Of a DNA stretch of 64,000 nt, positions 1 to 12,424 are shown one piece after another. Below the pieces are notes generated by a model that ran no database searches, was not told where the DNA came from, and saw nothing but the letters and a program-made list of their open reading frames with translations. The translations under genes and the position numbers were made by a program. Within the stretch, counting starts at the first letter, position 1, and each line of letters starts with the position of its first letter. The stretch is from positions 3,489,858-3,553,857 of the forward strand of contig NW_003314267.1 of the NCBI RefSeq assembly GCF_000143415.4. The letters run 5' to 3'. The DNA is from Selaginella moellendorffii. Taxonomy: Eukaryota > Plantae > Lycopodiophyta.

Positions 1-378
1 CCTCTGGCTTGACGAAGATGGGCTTGCTACCCCTCACATGGACCATAGTCAAGCAATCCTCCTGCGTTAGGAGAAAGTCAAATGGTAATATTACTCGTGT
101 CTGATCGTGCATCATCTGTAGCAACGTTAATGCATTGTGGCGCATCATGGATGTCCAAACTCCCAATTGCAAATTGAACCCGGCCCTCTGTTTTAAGTGT
201 CGCATGGTCATTATTAGATCCCGCAGTTTCTCCCGTGTGATTAATGTGAATCTGTCTCTTTTGACCAACTTGCGACCGCAGGCTTTGGAGGGTGCAGTGA
301 CATTTGAGGATGAGCCACGCTCATGGGAGAAAAGGACACCGTTCAAATCAAAAATGATACAGTACCTTCGCCGTGACT
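1..378 (-). CDS. FCP1/NIF-type HAD phosphatase-like domain exon of the cargo gene (runs off the window start; absent from the ORF track)
   Basis: Manual translation: ESRRRYCIIFDLNGVLFSHE...LITREKLRDLIMTM...FNLQLGVWTSMMRHNA...FDFLLTQEDC...KPIFVKPE. DLNGVL, GVWTS and QxxC..KPxFxK are FCP1-homology motifs. Joined in frame to ORF 394..1032 by a GT-AG intron at 379-425. Confidence 0.75.
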
Positions 379-425
379 CTGAAATGAAATGCGTCAGCAT
401 AAAAAATAGTACAAGTCAATTTTAC

Positions 426-2339
426 CATCTACAATATTAGCGAATGGTGCTCCCGATGGTCGTTGAGAGGGTTTTAGTCGAGGAAACGTGAAGGGCGGAA
501 ATACTCTCCTCTGTAATGTGGGGTCAATCGCATCCCATGGCGTGTGGGCACATGCCATTTCAGCTGTAGACTCTGGTACAACTGGCTCAACAGTGGCATG
601 GGGTGGTTCCGATGGCATGTGATCACACGCCATTTCAGCTGGTGCCTCCGTTGGCAAAGTGGACATGACCAAACAGGCAGCAGGGGCGGTGTAGGGAGGT
701 TCCAATGGCGCGTAGTCAGACGATTGGGCACACGTTGAGTCCGTTGGAAATGAGGATACGACCGGCTCGGCGGCTGGGGCGGCCTCATGCGGGTCCAATG
801 GCGCCTGGTCACCGTCAGTTGGATATGTGGACAAGATTGACTCAGTGGTATGGGCAGCATCAAGTGGAGCGTGGTCAGCTTGCTTGGCGTTGATATGGAT
901 AGTAGCCTCCACCAACTCTGATGACTCTTGCAGGCAAGTAGAGTCCACTGGCAGATCCATATGCATGTCCAAGTATCTCCCTTCGATTGAGATGGTATCC
1001 TCCCGTGCTACTAAAAACAAACTCATTAGCACATTAAATCGACTATACTATATTTACCATCAACTGCTATTGAGGAACTAGGACCGATATCACTTGGGCG
1101 CACTGTTGATTCTGAAGGATTGGACATACGTTTCGACCCTTGCTTGGCACTATCCTTCCTCGACACTAAAGGCTAGAGTTTGTAAATTCAACTGAATAAT
1201 CTCTACTTACCATTTGCTCTGCGACCTACATGGACAATGTTAGAAATGGTAAAAGGTTAGGAATGGATGTACTATTATTTACCTAATGGTTTGTCTTGTA
1301 TGACCTTCCTCTGCTGCTCTTTGGCCACCTCAGGCTGGCCATTGTCGTCATCATCGTCGTCGTCGTTATTGTGATCGTCACCATTGTGAGGACCATCCAA
1401 GTCCTCTTCGTCCTCCTCTTCTTCGTCCTCCTCTTCTTTGTCCTCCTCTTCGTCCTTCTGCTCTTCCTGCTCATTATCTTTCTCTGGCTCCTCATCCCCC
1501 TCCTGCATTTCTTCCATAGGCTGCTCAGGCTGGATGGCTTATTCTTCCAGGACCATCTTGGGAAAATCATCTGGCCGAATCTCCATCTCAAAATACAAGA
1601 CATCCATAACCTGTTTTAGTGCGTGACCTAGGACCGATCCTCACCCGACTATCTTAACATGGTTTCTGCATGTTCTTGCACCCTTCGAAGACAACAAAAT
1701 GAGAAAAACGTGGCCCTAACTTGAAAAGCATCCCTCATCCATTGTACCTCTCCATTGAGATTGGGGAAGGGGAGTCCGCCTTAGGAATCTGAGTCAGGAG
1801 GTGGTGACTGGCTGCTTTCACTCAGCCCTTGATCTGCAATGAATGGCATGAGCACACATGCCATAACCGCGAGGCATTACCTATCATCTTTTCGTTGCCC
1901 TTCTTCCTTTTCGAATCAAACACCTCTGATCCCGACGACTGTCCAACATGCTTTCACTTTTTATGACCACTGTCAGTTTGAGCTTGGCTGGTGCTTGCCT
2001 GTTTTGCCTTTGAAGAAGTGTCTCCTACAAGGAATGGCATGAGACCACACGCCATTGCAAATGTAATTTGTACCTCCTTTTTTCCTATTGCTTGTCTGTT
2101 TGTCCTTCTTCGACGCGCCACTAGTGCGCTTTTCAGTCCTCGTGTCTAAATATTCACAACGATCTATAATCAAAATGGCGTGAGGCCTCACGTGACCTTA
2201 CCTTGTGCAGGTTGTGAGCTCGGCCCAACATGGGTATCTTCAACAGTAGCTGTTAACGCCGTTTCAGCATCTGGGGGTGGCCACGCTGCTGCATACAGAG
2301 CTTGTGAGATAACATTTAAACTTAAAGTGCGTACTCACC
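426..2339 (-). pseudogene. Middle exons of the cargo gene: Lys/Ser-rich exons, acidic D/E tract (1275-1517), Pro/Ala-rich repeat exon (426-~1010)
   Basis: Phase-1 GT-AG introns at 2289-2338, 2146-2201, 2025-2073 and 1834-1880 keep one frame (AAWPPPDAE.../DTRTEKRTS.../GDTSSKAK.../DQGLSESS...). Several in-frame TGA/TAA stops. Exons between ~1010 and 1750 are not fully resolved. Confidence 0.6.
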
Positions 2340-4964
2340 AGGTTCGCAGAGAAGATACTGTTTTTCTTTGGCAACTGTAATTATATGCTCCATTGAAGTC
2401 ACCTCTTCAATGGAGTTTGTCACCGCAACACACGGGACACCCTTGAGTAGTGCGCTCGAAAGAATAGTCCGCCGCAGTTGTACTCGACAACGCATTTGCC
2501 CTTGNNNNNNNNNNNNNNNNNNNNNNNNNNNNNNNNNNNNNNNNNNNNNNNNNNNNNNNNNNNNNNNNNNNNNNNNNNNNNNNNNNNNNNNNNNNNNNNN
2601 NNNNTTTCCCATGCTGCACCTGGAGCTTTCTTTGGATTCGAAAGCTCTATAGCCGTCTTTAGTTCCTCAGGCACGGGTAAATTGACCTCCCTCAGATCAA
2701 TTTGATCGGCCTTGTCCAAACGAAGCTGGGAAGTCACTCCAATCCCACTCTGCTGTAGGACCAATAACAAGGGCGAGTGTGAAGATGCGGACATTCGTCG
2801 GTATCTTCTTCTTAGCCATTATCCCATGGATCTCCCGCATCTCCTTGCCTTTCAACCGAGCCTTCACCTCGTTCAAGGCCTTCCAGAACTTGTGATAGGA
2901 TTCAGAGTCATAGATCATATAGTGGACTGAAGATTCCACCTCCGCAAATCCCACCATTAAGTCAATGATGGAGCTGACTTCGTTTGCATGAGTGATCTCC
3001 TCATTTGTGAAGTCCATCACACAAAAGATGTTCTTGACCTGCTCATCTCCACGGGAAACGATGCTCCTCCACCTTTGATCCTCATCCGAATTCACGTATA
3101 CCCGGTAAGGTTCTCGATAGGCCTCTGCTGCGGGGTCGAGCTGTTTCTGAAGCCGGCAGTCGACATCCCTCTTAATGAAATTTGGATACTGATCCAACTT
3201 CTCAGCTTTACTTTTCGTGGCATCCCGCAGCAGATCGATGAACTTGGGGGCCCCCTTCACGTACTCGTCGATGTCTTCATTTGACAACTCCAGCGCTTCT
3301 ATCATCTCTTGGGTGGTGTCGATGCTCACCCTCTCCATGGCCACTTGCTTGAAGATCCAATCCTTCAATAGCGCACGAGCTCTCAGAGTCGTGCACAAGT
3401 CCTCGTATGTCACAATATGGCCGGGAGTCATTTTGGTCTTGTTGAAGACTACCTCACCACGTAGAAGAGCATTAGCCACTGTCAGAAGGTCGTCGTCGTC
3501 TAGAGACCGCGAGAAACGCAAGGCGTTGAGCTTCAAATCATTGGGCTTCCGGCCGTCCTCCACACCCATTGAGTTTAGCAACTCCTCGTCATGGTACCTC
3601 CTCAACACATCTACCCATTTGTCAAAAACAACTTTTGTCGCGAGTAGAATGTTATGGATGCTGAGTGTGTCATTGACCCCCAGTGTTTTCGAGAGAAGAC
3701 TCGAGAATTCCTGCAATGGAAATGGCGTGAGGCCACATGCTATGCCACATGCAACAAGGCTTACCTGCCAAGCGCTAGTTGCTAGTGCACGTCCTTGTCC
3801 TGGTTTTTGTGGATTCTTTAGTTGAACCCAGAGCTTCCGTGTTCGTGCCAATGTTTCATGCAGACCCAATTTGTAGCACGTTTCTTGCTTGACATTCTGC
3901 GCGTGGGAGATGTATATGATAGATCGAAGGGGCGAGTTGCCTTTTATCAGGCGGACAACTCTTGTCTTGAAGACTTTCTTCACCTCCTTGCCCACCATAA
4001 TATCCACAACTATCTCTTGCATCGCCAAGCTAGAATGCTGCCCGGAGACGGCATAGAACCGGATGTTCTGATCGTCCAACACCTTCCTATTGATCAAGTC
4101 TGGAAACCTCATCTCACCCTTCATTGTTCGGTAGTAGGGGATCACGTCTGCGATGTCAGGTGTTACTGGACTTGCCAGCATCTTCTGCTTCAGTTTCTCC
4201 ACCCACTCATCAGATACTAGCGTGTGGTTGTATTTGCTTTGGATGTCGATACGGCTCACGTCGATTGTATATACTTTGTTGGAATAGTAACAAGTACTAT
4301 TATCTGCGATGATTTTTGCTACCTCTTCTTGCTCTTTCTGCTCTTTGCGGCTCTTCTTTTTGATGGGTGTAGTGTTCGAACCCGAGGCAATGGCATCACC
4401 GAGTAGCTTCTTTTTTGGAGAAGGAGAGTCAGACGTCGGCTTGAGCTTGACCACCCTTTTCTACTTCGGGGTAGTTTCCAGATCGACCCCCTTCCTCTTC
4501 GCTTTGTGAACTGGAGGCACTCTCAACAGCTCAATGCTGGAATATAGTTTTTGAACATCGCCATAGGTGAGGTCCGTGGATTCCATGTGATCTTCATAGA
4601 CCCGCAGCGTCTTTGAAATTGTGGGCCTCCTAGACAACCTCTCCCTAGCTCCCTCTAGGAATTCCTCATAACCACTGCCCCCCTCCGGGAAGCCGCTAGG
4701 ATGTGCAAGGTGGATCTTGAAGGCAGACGCTGTCTCTACCATAAGTGCCAGTCCATATTCTTGCATGGAACTGTATGGAGTGTCTGTCACTTGGATGAGG
4801 ATCCCCATGCATTCTTTTCTCCCACCATCTGTGTTGTACAGCCTCAGATCCTCGCCTTCCATCCCGAAAGTCCAACTGGTGAGCTCCTCCCCCTTCTCTG
4901 CATCCACATTGATAGTGGCTGGAAGAAGAATGCAATTCCTCTCCTGTTCAGAAATGCACAACAA
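2339..4964 (-). pseudogene. N-terminal part of the cargo gene: ParB/Srx-like domain followed by a degenerate beta-class N4C/N6A DNA-methyltransferase-like fold
   Basis: ORFs 4461..4964 and 2697..4454 are in frame across one TAG. ParB-like signature IDVSRIDI..YNHTLVSDEWVEKLKQKM...FYAVSGQHSSLA...HAQN. C-terminally IFCVMDFT (motif IV position), then after frameshifts NPKKAPGAAWE[gap]KGKCVVEYNCGGLF/SSALLKGVPCVAVT, resembling KP..L...GDxVLDPFxGSGTT..AA..LGR..IG. In-frame 54-nt intron at 3711-3764. Confidence 0.55.
2505..2604. other. Assembly gap (100 N)
   Basis: Run of N. Confidence 1.
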
Positions 4965-5853
4965 TTAGAGTTGACAGATGAAAAGCTAGCAGCTGGAAAT
5001 AACGTGAGGCTACATGCCATTCACCACTGCATCATATGTCTTGAGGCTGCATCCTAAGATGGTGTGAGGCTACACGCCATCTATAACCGGACTGCACTCG
5101 AGAGCCCAATCGGTGCATGTCAATGTTGCTACTGAATGGCATGTGGCCTCATGCCATTTTCTACTTGGCCTAAAAGACTTACCATTTGAAGCCGAATGGA
5201 GGCGTGACAATCGAGGCCGGACTCGCTGGCAAATGTGCACTGTGTGTGTAGCGGATCGTAGCAGCAAGGCTACTCTGCCACTTACAGTTGGAGAGTGGCG
5301 CTAAAATCTCCCGGGACGCCAAGTGGGCTGCATGTGGGTGGCGGAGTGGGCAGCGGAGTTGGCGGCGAAGTTACAAGCTGGGTGTGTCTTGAAGTGGACA
5401 CCGATGCACATGAGCGCGATGCGAGCACGAGTGTGATGCAAGCGCGAGTGGACGCCGATGCACACGAGAAACTTGTAGAGAAGGTAGATGAGCGCGAATG
5501 TGAGCGTGATCGCGAGTGGGAGCGCGATGCGAGCGCGAGTGTGCGAGCGCGAGTACGATGCAAAACCTAACCTCACACGCGCGAAATGTCACAACGGTTG
5601 GTAATCCCGCAACGTCATCATTCCTCGGACTTGGGCGCCACCATTAATTTCTGGATCGCCGCGCGCATGCATGCACGTGAAATCCAAAAGAAATCCGCAA
5701 CGTCATCATTCCTCAGACTGCATGCACGCGAAATCCAAAAGAAAGATCATGATTGGGATATCATTTAATACCCTTGCTATATTTATACCATACATGATTG
5801 GATATTCCAAAGCATCTTGTATTTCCAAAAATGCCAGATATTCAGCTAAATAA

Positions 5854-7773
5854 AGAATGGTATACAATGTCCTTCTTGATGACCCTGCAAAGAAGCATCT
5901 CGATCGAACACCACATGAGACCACACGAACCTTATAATGTTTCAGGGGCATTTGCCATAGATCTGACCGTTATTTTGCTCCAAGATTCTACAGTTTGGTG
6001 TGCATTGACCTTTCCATCGACACTGCAAAGGGACATCACAATCAGATGCGGGATCACAAGAAACCAACTTCACTAACTCTGGTTTCACCAAGATCTAAGT
6101 AAGGAGTTATGAAATGAAAGGACCCTCTCTATTGAAATGTGTTTATGGTCCAGACATATCAAAGGATTTTGCATCAAGTTCTGTATTTGCATGTTTATCA
6201 AGCTACTGAATTGCTAAACCCTAAACCCTAAACATGTGGCAAATGCTGCGTGAAGAAAGATGCCCTTTCTGGGCAAATGCTGTAAGAGGCAGATGCCGAG
6301 CAGTTACACGGCGAATAATCTTGGCGCGGATCGCTGACATGGCATGGCAAAGTTCGAATCACTGACATAGCACAGCTGGATCGAGGCAAGGACATGATGT
6401 GACAAAGTTCAACGTCCGACAGCAAAGTCTAGAAGCTACTCAATTTGAAATTTGTCAGAGGAATTATAAGATCTGGTTTGTCAGAGGATTTGATGTGACG
6501 TTCAAGCGTGTGGGCTCATGCAATTTTGATCCCAAAAAATGCACCAAAAAATGCTCGGCGTCATCTGGCGTTATCTCTTGAATGGCATGGGGCCGCATGC
6601 CATTTTCAAGGGCACATAGGAGTATATTCCTAGAATATTCTAACACGCGCGAGATTTTTTTGAGTTTTCTGGAGATCCAACCGTTAGATCGCAACTAGAT
6701 TTTATAGAATGGTATACAATGTCTTTCTTGATGACCCTGCAAAGAAGCATCTCGACGAACACCACATGAGACCACACGAGCCTTACAATTTTTCAGGGGC
6801 ATTTGCCATAGATCCGACCGTTATTTTGCTCCAAGATTTTACAGTTTGGTGTGCATTGACCTTTCCATCGACACTGCAAAGGGACATCACAATCAGATGC
6901 GGGATCACAAGAAACTAACTTCACTAACTCTGGTTTCACCAAGATCTAGGTAAAGAGTTATGAAATGAAAGGACCCTCTCTATTGAAATGTGTTTATGGT
7001 CTTAGGGGCATTGTGACATATCAAAGGATTTTGCATCAAGTTCTGTATTTGCATGTTTATCAAGCTACTGAATTGCTAAACCCTAAACCCTAAACCCTAA
7101 ACATGTGGCAAATGCTGCGTGAAGAAAGATGCCCTTTCTGGGCAAATGCTGTAAGAGGCAGATGCCGAGCAGATGTATCTCAGGCTAGCGAAGGGACAAA
7201 TGAAAGCTAGCTATAAACATGACGGGATGCAAATAGATTACTAGGCTGGTCCTGCGAAAATCAAAACCATAATTGAAAACATTGAAAATGCAAAAAGAAA
7301 GGTTTATAATATTTTTAAATTTTAAGCAACCAAAGGAATGTAAGTAGGGCATGTGTTTGTAAGTTTAAAAATGCCTCAACCACTTAAATTCCCAAGTAAA
7401 TAAAGCTGTTTATATTTTTGGTACAGGTAAACTTTATAGCGTGTGGGCTCATGCAATTTTGAACCCAAAGTGCACCAAAAAATGCTCGACTAGCATTATT
7501 CTTTGAATGGCGTGTGGCCTTATATTGCTATAAATGGACATACACACACAGCATAATTATTCCTTTACACGGCGAATAATCTTGGCGCGGATCGCTGACA
7601 CGGCATGGCAAAGTTCCAATCACTGACATGACACAGCTGGATCGAGGCAAGGACATGATGTGACAAAGTTCAACCTCCGACAGCAAAGTCTAGAAGCTAC
7701 TCAGTTTGAAATTTGTCAGAGGAATCATAAGATCTGGTTTGTTAGAGGATTTGATGTGATGTTCAAGCGTGTG
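5854..7773. repeat. Direct duplications in the spacer between the divergent genes, containing telobox (AAACCCT) runs
   Basis: 5854-6303 matches 6706-7172; 6304-6512 matches 7565-7773; ~6505-6560 matches ~7436-7490. AAACCCTAAACCCTAAA at ~6216 and ~7078. Confidence 0.9.
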
Positions 7774-8384
7774 TTATTTTTGAATTCTCGAACTCATTCC
7801 TAGGTCTATCATTTTTGTGCGCCGTGTTCTTGGTTCCGCTGAGCGTAGTGAGCGCTGCTTGTGTAAGCGGCGTTGTGAGCTGTGGTTTATGCTTCTATAA
7901 GAGGTTGCGGCATTGCGAGTGCCATTGCGAGCGGCAGTTTATGCGAGTGGCAGTTTGTGCGAGCGGCGCTACGAGCAGTTGCGGTGTTGCGAGCGGCGCT
8001 ACGAGTAGTTGCGGTGTTGCGAGCAGCACTGTCTTTGGTGTGGCTACCGCTTCCTCTTGATATTTGGCACTTGTGCTTCCTGGTATGTTCACCATGGAAT
8101 GGCTTAGGACCACATTTAGAAATGGCATGAGGCCACATGCCATCTTGGGCCCTTGCAATTTCATGGCTAGCGTATTGTCATGTATGTTTTTACTTGCCTG
8201 CAACTGTGTGTATATCAAGATGGCATGAGGCCTCATGCCAATTTTGTGAATGCAAAATTTCACGTGGGTGTCAATAGCATGTTTGAATAATGGCATGTGG
8301 CCTCATGCTATTTGGTATGTTATGATTTAGGCCATTCTCCAATCATTTTTTGTATGGTCTTAACTTCTTTTCTGCACTTTCAGA

Positions 8385-11300
8385 ATGGCCTTCAGGGTTG
8401 GGGAAAAGGTTTACATTTTGAATGGTGGGAAGAGAGTTGCAAAAGGGACCCTTGTGTCTATGGATCGGAACTTTGTTATACACTGTCAAAGGCTTGGGGA
8501 AGGCAATGCTGCTGTATCAGTAGAGACTGTCTTCGATGGGAATGTGGTCGCTATTGAACGAGGAGAGATGGTCGTCGGGGTAAATGTTGTTGTTGCCTTG
8601 AAAAATCTGCAGAAGAAAGCAGATGTTGGGGACAGCACAAGTGCGACGCATGTTCCCTCCGTGGATCTTAAGAACCGTGCTACATGGATTCAGGCAAAGG
8701 TGTTTCTAAACAACCCCGAGAGGGAGGTGGTAGCTGAGGGCTTAGCCACAGTTGTCGATCCAAGAGATGCGGTTGCTAATCAAGAATTGGGCTGGGATGA
8801 TATTGGAGTTGCAATTTTAGAGGTTGTTGACACAGAAGAAAACAGTCTGACTATTGGAAGCATTGTGCGGTGGAAATTGAGGCATTTAGTGTTTGAGAAT
8901 GTGAAGGATTCACAATCAAACACCACTACAACTGATGACAGAACATCTTTTCATGGGAAAAGAAAGTACACCTTCCTACAGCGCAGCCAAAGGGATCTGA
9001 GCAACGAACCGAAAAGGCAGAAAATGGCGATGGAGGTTCGAATGGTCTCGACAGTTGCTTGTTGCAAGAGGAGGTGCTGTCAACATGCTGATTGGGATGC
9101 TATTGAAGAGGAGAGAGCAAGATACAAGACATTGTCCTGGAAGGCAGCTCGCAATTTTGTGTATGAGGCATTACGGTCATTTGTTGATGCTTCAGAACAT
9201 CAGGTGGGGGGCATGGTCTTCCAGAGGGGTTTGGTCTGCATGAAGGCATGGAGAATCATTTATGGAGTCCCTCAAACCACATTCTACAGAATCAAAACTG
9301 AGTTCGAGGAATAAAGGGTTCAACAGGCAGTCCATGGGAACGACGGTACGCACAAAACCAGGGGTCATGTTGTATATGGAGAGGCAATCTTCAAGAGGTT
9401 TGTCGAGACATGTAGCGAGCAGCAACCACATAAAACCTGCCTCTTGGAAGATGGAACACGAGACACCCAACGAGTTCACCCTTCCATGTATACCAAGGGG
9501 GCCATATTGGAAGATATGAATTGGGAACTCCAGAGTAATGGCTATAGGAAGCTGAGCCAATCTAGATTTAGTAGATTGTGGAGCAACAGGTTCAGGGATA
9601 TGAGTATAGGAAAGTACTCCAGCTTTTCAAAGTGTGACGAGTGCACTGCTATCAAAATGGATTTGTCGAAGAATTTTTGCAGCGCTCAAGAGCGAGAGAC
9701 GTTGGTTAGAAGGCGGCTCGACCACAACATCGAGCAGAGAAGCTGCAGGACTGCATATTATCATAACAGGATTCTCTCCATGGAGAGACCTGACTCTTAC
9801 CTCTGCATCATCCACGACAAAATGGACCAGAAAAAGACGTGCTTACCTCGACTCAATCCTGCCCCCAAGGCAATTTCCTCATCCATGCAGCTGCCTGTGT
9901 CTCTGTTTGGCATAATCGCTCATGGGCATGGTGCCCAGAACTATGGGAACTTCTTTGTACCTCTATGGGGTGGCGAGGGTGCAAACATGATGATTGCGTC
10001 CCTAACAAAACACTTAAGGTCTCTGCAAAGTGCGCAGACTGAGCTGAACGGCCAACCCTTGCATAAGGCCCTTGTCGATCGAACCCCATACAGGGTTCAG
10101 CTGGAGGAGGAGCAAAGCCTTGCAGTATCGCGTGGGGCCCCATGCCATCCCAGTGAATATGTTGGCCGTCAGATTGTAGGGTTATCACGTGAGGCCTCAT
10201 GCCATTCTGACGAGGCTGGTCGCCCGGTGAATGCACAGCCTCATCCAAACGAAGTAGAATCTCAAGGAAGTTCTTGCGGCCGATGTAGCCTTCCACCCCA
10301 TCTTCTGCTCCAAACAGACAATGCTGGCAGTGAGAACAAAAACATGTACGTCTTCGCGTACTTGGCGATGCTTGTTGCCAAAGGCATATTTGAAACGGTT
10401 ACACTTGGCTTTCTCATGGTTGGGCACACTCATGAAGACGTCAATGCCATGTTCAGTCACCTGGCAGAGTCCCTCCGGCGATCCAATGTCCTCACCCTCC
10501 CACAACTCTACGATGAATTCCAAAATTGCATCAAAGGCACTGTTGAAGCTGCACTTGTGACAGAGGTTCCAGACTTTAAGGGGTTTGTAAGAGGCTACAT
10601 CAGGGATGGATCCGAAACACTGATTGGCCACTCCAAGCCTCTTCAGTTTCATTTCAGCATGCGTGACGGTGCTCCAGTGATGAGGTACAAGATGAGAGAA
10701 TGGGACATAGTGTGGCTGCCAGTGGATGGCATTGAACTCTTCAAAAGAGATCCCATAACTGGGGAACCTATGATTCCTTAGGGTTCCCCACGGCCGATGC
10801 ACCCGGATGGACTCAAAGACCAGGAAAGTATAGTGGCCGGGATTAGACAGCATATTGCCTTCTGGAAGAGGGGGTTGGTGTTTGGTGGAGAATCCTATTT
10901 TAAGAGGTGCAAGCCTTTGTTCGAATACTGGGAGAAGATTATATCTGCTATCCAAAATGGGCCGGTTGTATATGAAGAATTGGAAGAGTCCTTTTGGCTA
11001 GAACCTAGAGCACCAGATAGTAGCGGAATAATGTCCTCTGGAAATGCAGTGATAGACAACGATGTTGAGGATCACTATTGTGGGCCGAGGAACAAGAAGC
11101 CGGATTCAGCATTCAATCCAGTACAGGTCTGCAAAGGAATGGTCGTGCTTGTCAGACCCAGTAATAAAAAACAAATGATATGGGTGGGGCGCTACATCAC
11201 TGATGTAGAGGAGGACGCGGAAACTAACTCCTTCAATGTAACTGTGGAGTGGTTCAAGCCAAGTTCCAGATATACGAAGGATTGCCTAGAAAAGAGATGG

Positions 11301-11525
11301 GTGCTAAATCCAAGGGATCCCAGCATGAGCATATCGGTGGATAATGTTGTGCATGGTTGGATGCGGAAGCAGAGTGCCACCATCACCTTGCCAGACCATG
11401 CAAGAGATGCAGCAAGAGCATTCATAACCCGGGTTCAAGGTGAGATTCATTAATATTCCTTTACTAAGTTTCTAATGTATTTTATTTCAAGGTGAACAAT
11501 CCAAATCTGAATCAGAGGAGGCGTG
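8385..11525 (+). pseudogene. DDD-type transposase (Sola1/DUF7869-like), ~1030 aa, two in-frame premature stops
   Basis: ORFs 8385..9314, 9444..10781 and 10797..11453 share one frame separated only by TAA (9312) and TAG (10779). Motifs HGN, FSKCDEC, IIHDKMDQKK, LQTDNAGSENKN, FLMVGHTHEDVNAMFS. Probable last intron ~11440-11491 and terminal exon GEQSKSESEEA*. Confidence 0.8.
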
Positions 11526-12166
11526 ATGGCATGTGGCCTTACGCCATTCATAGGTGAGATGATACAAATAACAAGTATAAATTCTTAGTTGTTCTAGCAA
11601 ATTTTACTTAAAGTTCAAGGTGAACAAGCCGAATATGAATTCATTGGATTGTTATAACAAATTGCGAGGTGATGGCATGAGGCGATACGCCATTTGAGAG
11701 TGGTAGCCATTCCTATATGAGGTGAGTGAAATATTTATTAGAAATACCTCATTCAATTGTGCACTTCTAAGTCTTGGTCCACTCAGAACTGTTTGCATGT
11801 TTCTATTTTAATTCTTTCTCTAAAATGTTATTTAGCATGTGGCTTCATGCCATTGCTCTCCACAATCATGCATTGAATTTTTCTATCCTTGCATAATACT
11901 TCTCCATATATATAGCATGTGCACATATGTGATATGGTTCATTAGGCCTGATATAGTGTGTGAGGTAAAACAAAGATGATGTGACATATGCATTTACCAA
12001 TCACACGTGCATAAATCTAATAATATGGCGTGTGGCCCATATTAATGGCACATAAACCCATATTGTGGGCTTACGTGCTTTATGTACCATCATTCCCTTG
12101 CAGCGTGTGTGTTGGTTTCCTTTTATAACACAACGAACTCCATATTTTAGGGTGAAGAGCGTTCTC

Positions 12167-12424
12167 ATGGCAAGCACAAAATCTGTAAGTGAGGCAGAAA
12201 AGGAGACGGAGAAGGAGATAGGTGAAGATGTAGAATATATAAGTCTTCCAAACTCCCCGTACTATACTCCAGGTGATCATTTTTCTGAACAAACGGCAAC
12301 ATTAACAACTATCGAGAATGCCCCAGTAACGTCAGAGACAACAATCCAAAGCAAAACAACTGACCTGGAGAAGGATGATAGTACCGCTGAGAGTACCAAA
12401 AAGGAGGTGTCCACTAGCGCTTAG
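12167..12424 (+). CDS. Small acidic Ser/Thr-rich ORF or exon inside the transposon, unknown function
   Basis: MASTKSVSEAEKETEKEIGEDVEYISLPNSPYY..., preceded by an acceptor-like TTTTAG. No recognisable domain. Confidence 0.3.
   Translation: MASTKSVSEAEKETEKEIGEDVEYISLPNSPYYTPGDHFSEQTATLTTIENAPVTSETTIQSKTTDLEKDDSTAESTKKEVSTSA

Noticed and set aside
1283-1626. Hydrophobic 107-aa ORF (1296..1619 +) and basic ORF (1283..1603 -)
   Set aside because: Antisense and alternative-frame shadows of the GAR/GAY-rich acidic exon.
5282-5592. Overlapping Arg/Ser/Ala-rich ORFs
   Set aside because: They arise from GCGCGA-type low-complexity repeats with few stops; no coding evidence.
6216-7101. AAACCCT repeats as a telomere
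   Set aside because: Only 2-3 units, interstitial; these are teloboxes.
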